Origin: Felis catus
Taxonomy: Eukaryota
NCBI RefSeq assembly: GCF_018350175.1
Contig: NC_058382.1
Span: 43,090,001 to 43,154,000 of the forward strand
Length of the DNA stretch: 64,000 nt
Direction: 5' to 3'
Numbering within the stretch: position 1 is the first letter of the stretch; each line of letters begins with the position of its first letter. The notes under the pieces are model-generated. The model did no database searches, was not told the origin of the DNA, and saw nothing but the letters and a program-made list of their open reading frames with translations. This document shows, piece by piece, positions 59,301 to 64,000 of the stretch. Both the position numbers and the translations under genes were made by a program.

Positions 59301-60727
59301 TCTCTGTTGGGGCGCCTGGGTGGCGCAGTCGGTTGAGCGTCCGACTTCAGCCAGGTCACGATCTCGCGGTCCGCGAGTTCGAGCCCCGCGTCAGGCTCTG
59401 GGCTGATGGCTCAGAGCCTGGAGCCTGTTTCCGATTCTGTGTCTCCCTCTCTCTCTGCCCCTCCCCCGTTCATGCTCTGTCTCTCTCTGTCCCAAAAATA
59501 AATAAACGTTGAAAAAAAAAATTTCTCTGTCAATTAATTATATGCTACCTGAATTGTCTCATTTACTTTGTAATGTGTGTTATCTCTAGTCTCTCCAACT
59601 GAACTGTGAAACCTGAAGGCAGGGAGGGCTCTGATCCAACACTGCTTTGAATGTCCTGAATGACATCAGGACAGTGCCTGGCACCTAGAAGGCATTAAAA
59701 AAACAAACACCAAACAACAATAACAACAAACATGCTGGATGACTATTTACTGGCTTGTTTTCCTACTAAATTAGATTCTGATTTACATTAGAAAAAGAGA
59801 AAAGGTCGCCCAGAGTTGACTGGGAAGAGATGCCCAACAGGAATTGCAGGAGAACAGCTCAGCAAGCCCTATACTGCCTTGTGCTTCCCAAGGGGGCAGA
59901 CATGTGAGCTGGCTGTCCTGTGGATCCTGTCAGGGAAGCCCAGCACTGTCCGAGGGCCTTCCTGACTTCTGGAACACAAGATTGCAAAATGTGGCAGGAA
60001 GGGTGTGCACTCAATCTAGTGAAGGACTGACAAAACATGGGAAATGGCAGCCTCGTTACACCCTCCTCTCCATCCTTTCTGAGGTGCTACGTGCCACGGA
60101 AATGGAAGAACAAATACATCAGTCACAATTTCCCATTGCCCAAGTCTTTGAACTCCGACTTCAAGCAGGCATGAAGTGTAATGATCTCTGGTCCCTGTGA
60201 CAAGACAACTCTTGGCATATGCTTAATTTTTGCTCAGGGAGTTACTTATGGGAGGCAGGCAAGCCTGGAGCATTTCTTTCCACAGCTGTAACACCCCCAG
60301 TGTGCGCTCCCCAGGACGGCTCTAAGGGTGAGTGTTGTCCCAGAGTACCATTACCTGCAGACCAAAGCCCAAGAAGGACCACAGAGGCCCAAGAGGAGAA
60401 CAGTGACACACAAGACACCACCCAGAGGGAGATACATCCTACCCTTGCTATCGTCTGACTATCCGTACCTAGAGCCTTCACAGATATTTGCCGGGTGAGT
60501 GGAGGGGGGATATTGATGCACACAAGATCCACGTCTTGATGCAGCAAGACATCATCGGTCCGGCTGGTGTAGAAGGTGATGTTCATCTCCTCGGCAAGCT
60601 GCTTTGCTTCCTCCTCAGTCTTCCCCCACAGGGCCTCCACGGTGAACCCTTCTGCCCTCAGCAGTGGGACCAGAACCCGGGCAGAGCTGCCGGTCCCAAA
60701 CACGCCCACTCCTGGGAGCATCTTCAT
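54500..60727 (-). CDS. GFOD2: Gfo/Idh/MocA-like oxidoreductase domain-containing 2, 385 aa
   Basis: [13 protein letters not shown] Rossmann-fold start. Coding exons 60727-60469 (259 nt) and 55398-54500 (899 nt) total 1158 nt. The first coding exon's acceptor is at 60815-60817; the upstream non-coding exon was not found in this window. Confidence 0.97.
55675..56802 (+). mobile_element. MLT2-type (ERVL) solo LTR interrupted by three Can-SINEs (about 55693-55910 +, 56020-56208 -, 56210-56490 -)
   Basis: AATTTTATGTGCCAAC start, TTGCTATGAAGGTATTTTTTAGATGTGA, CACAATGTGGGTGG, and end ATTGGTTCTGTTTCTCTGAAGAAC..CTAATACA. Confidence 0.75.
56315..56363. repeat. (GA)n microsatellite within a SINE
   Basis: Seen directly. 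Confidence 0.95.
57928..58150 (+). mobile_element. Can-SINE
   Basis: Full length; TSD TTTAA(A)GTTATCTAGCATTCC. Confidence 0.9.
59309..59519 (+). mobile_element. Young felid SINE in GFOD2 intron
   Basis: CpG-rich; TSD AATTTCTCTGT. Confidence 0.92.
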
Positions 60728-62116
60728 GCCAGCTTCTCTGTTCACCAACTCATCTCCTCACAAGAGCCTCCAGCATGAATACGACCTTCCCACAGTCCTG
60801 GTCAAACATGGCTCCTGGAACAGCAAGCATTATACTGGCTATTAGTGGATGGCATACTCAGCCGAGGCTATCTTCTGGACTTATTTGGAAGCAACAAGTT
60901 CTCTGCCACAAAAGCACAAATGAAATACTGCTCCAAAATGAAAAGCTGCAAAAGCTTTTCCCATGGAGACTTAAGGATATTAGCAATATACATCTACTGA
61001 AAGGAAGAAAAATGAAAAATGAGTAAAGCTGGGTTAAATCTCTGTTCTGTTACTTAATGTTTTGTGTGACTCTGGTCCAATCATTTAACCATCAGGGCCT
61101 TAACTGTAAAAGTTCATGATTCTATGATATTAGATTAGAAAAAGGAAAAGAGGAGTGGGAAACAAAAACCAATACAAGTTGGAAGAGAACTACCCTAAGT
61201 GCTGTGCAGATTATAATTTAAAAGTTTATGGTAGCAAGCATAGAGAATGTTCACTAGAAACAAACAAAATTTTTTTTTTCAACTACCAAACTGGCAATAA
61301 TAGTAACAGGAAGTTTAAAATGGTATTTTTTGTATAAGGATATTCACTCCAACATTGGCTACGATAGGTGAAAAACTGGGAAACAATCTAGATGCTGAAT
61401 AACAGTAATGGGTAAGATAAATAACATTATGCAGTCACTGAAAACCAAGGGGATAGAAAGCCCTCAATGACCTGCAAGACATCACCATATGTTCACTGAA
61501 AAGAGGGAAAACAAAACAATATGTGAAGTATGATATCCATTTTTTTAAAGCACAGAAAAAAATAAATATATATGAATGAAAACATAAAAGGATATCTATA
61601 ATATTATTTGTAAATATATTTCACACATGACACTAGAAGGACCAGAATACACCTGAATTTAATAATGATTACTCAAATTATGAGATTATGGATGAATTTT
61701 GTTTTTCAAACATTGCCAAATTTTATACAATGAATATGTCTTACTGTGGAATTTTTCCTTCTGATCACAAGGGTTATTAAATGAAATAACAAACAAACAA
61801 AAGTCTTCTTGGAAACCAAGATGAGATTTAGGTGTGCTTAGGGTATCAGGTTTCCCCATACAGCAGCCCCTCTGCTAAACCAGTGGTACCCACTCTGGCT
61901 GTGTGTTAGGTCAATGGTAACTCCATACCCACTGAGTCATATAAAGGGATGAAGCTGTGTCACTGTCATTTTCTTTTCATAGNNNNNNNNNNNNNNNNNN
62001 NNNNNNNNNNNNNNNNNNNNNNNNNNNNNNNNNNNNNNNNNNNNNNNNNNNNNNNNNNNNNNNNNNNNNNNNNNNNNNNNNNNNNNNNNNNNNNNNNNNN
62101 NNNNNNNNNNNNNNNN

Positions 62117-62800
62117 GGAGTAGGGCCAGGGGAGAGAGAAAATCTTAAGCAGGCTCCATGCTCAGTGGGGAGCCCCACAAGGGGCTCGATCTCATGACTA
62201 TGAGATCATGACCTGAGCTGAAATCAAGTCGGATGCTAACCGAACTAAGCCACCCAGGCACCCCTTAACACATTTTTTAAATTTTAACTTTTTAAATGTT
62301 TATTTATTTTGATACAGAGAGAGAGAGGAAGAATAAGAGAGACGGAGAACGAGCAGGGGAGGGACAGAGATGGAGAGAGAATCCCAAGCAGGTTCCGCTC
62401 TGTCAGTGCAGAGCCCAACATGGGGTTCGAACCCACAAACTGCACGATCATGACCTGAGACAAAATCAAGAGTTGGATGTTCAACTGACTGAGCCACCCA
62501 GGTGCCCCAAATTTTAATTTAAGTAGGCTCCACACCCAGTGCAGAGCCCAACACGGGGCTTGAACTCACAACCCTGAGATCATAACCTGAGCTGAGATCA
62601 AGAGTCAGACACTTAATTTACTGANNNNNNNNNNNNNNNNNNNNNNNNNNNNNNNNNNNNNNNNNNNNNNNNNNNNNNNNNNNNNNNNNNNNNNNNNNNN
62701 NNNNNNNNNNNNNNNNNNNNNNNNNNNNNNNNNNNNNNNNNNNNNNNNNNNNNNNNNNNNNNNNNNNNNNNNNNNNNNNNNTCCCTAGTCACTGTATGTA

Positions 62801-62874
<74 letters not shown>

Positions 62875-63998
62875 TAAGTAATCTGTACACCCAACATGGG
62901 CTTCAAACCCAAGACCCTATTACCCCAAGATCAAGAGTCATATGCTCTACTGACAGCAGCCAGGTGCTCTAACCATTCTACTTTCTGTCTCTATGACTCT
63001 GACTATGCTAGGTACCTCATAGAAGGGGAATCATAGTGTTTGTTTTTTTGTGATTGGCTTATTTCACTTAGCATAATGTCCTCAAAGTTCATCCATGTTT
63101 TAGCATGTGTCAGAACTTCCTCCCCTTTTAAATTCAAATAATATTCCATTCCATATGTATATACCACATTTTACTTATCCATTCATCTGTTCAGACACTT
63201 GGGTTGCTTCTGTATTTTAGCTACAACAGATAACGCGGCTATGAACATGGGTGTTCAAATACCTCTTCAAGATCCTGCTTTCAATTCTTTCGCATTTATA
63301 CCCCGAAGTAGAATTGCTAGATCATACGGTAGATTTTTAAGTTTTTGAGGAACCACCATACTGTTTCCCATTGGGGCTGTAACATTTTAATGTTTTGTTT
63401 TGTTTTGTTTTTTTAATTTTTGAGACAGAGCATGAACAGGGGAGGGTCAGAGAGAGGGAGACACAGAATCTGAAACAGGCTCCAGGCTCTGAGCTGTCAG
63501 CACAGAGCCCGAGGCGGGGCTCGAACTCACGGACTGCAAGATCGTGACCTGAGCCGAAGTCGGCCGCTTAACCGACTGAGCCATCCAGGCGCCCTATTTT
63601 AAATAATAATTTTATAAACACTTTACATTCCCTTAGTCTTCCAACTATCTTTTAAAAACCTTACCACTGATCTTGCTCACCACAAATCCTAAATTTTAAG
63701 TTTTATCCAAACACACAACTTTGCTGTTCTACTTTAATCCACAATAACACTGCTTCATTTGCATTTCCTCACAGATCAGAGTCCACCTATTTTCAATTTT
63801 TTTTAAGTTTATTTATTTATTTTGAGAGAGAGAGAGAGAGAGAGAGCGCAAGCGGGGAGTGGCAGAGAGAATCCCAAGCAGACTCTGTACTGTCAGCGCA
63901 GAGCCCAATGGGGGGCTCAAACCCATGAACCAAGAGATCATGACCCAAGCCAAAACCAAGAGTCAGACGCTTAACCGACTGAGCTACCCAGATGCCCC
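62117..63998 (-). mobile_element. Cluster of minus-strand Can-SINEs around an L1 3'-end fragment (about 62970-63390)
   Basis: SINEC motifs; L1 3' signature GGCTTATTTCACTTAGCATAATGTCCTCAAAGTTCATCCATG. Confidence 0.8.
62795..62875. repeat. Compound microsatellite (TG)n(TA)n(T)n
   Basis: Seen directly. Confidence 0.95.
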
Positions 63999-64000
63999 AA

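Noticed and set aside
60242-60468. GFOD2 frame continuing about 75 codons into the intron with a hydrophobic stretch
   Set aside because: A good donor at 60468 gives the exact 385-aa protein, and I saw no nearby minus-strand poly(A) signal to support a truncated isoform.

Overview
Mammalian genomic DNA from a carnivore, most likely a felid, judged by the tRNA-derived Can-SINE/SINEC_Fc repeats. It is the gene-dense block syntenic with human 16q22.1: CTCF (+, coding exons and 3'UTR), CARMIL2/RLTPR (+, 39 coding exons traced by eye, 1402 aa), ACD/TPP1 (-, 453 aa), PARD6A (+), ENKD1 (-), C16orf86 (+), a full-length RPL17 processed pseudogene, and GFOD2 (-, both coding exons). Introns and intergenic DNA carry many SINEs plus old L1, L2, MIR and MLT2 fragments. 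Best leads: (1) a near-consensus REST/RE1 site in a CpG-rich CARMIL2 intron just upstream of a Met that precedes the CPI motif, which suggests a neuron-restricted short capping-protein regulator; (2) C16orf86 exon 1 has lost its ATG and gained a stop, while a strong ATG sits in exon 2; (3) one 9-bp element provides poly(A) signals for both CARMIL2 and ACD; (4) N-runs fall almost only on CTCF exons and preserve length; (5) RFX X-boxes lie in both bidirectional promoters. All comparisons to human or mouse proteins are from memory and need confirming by alignment.
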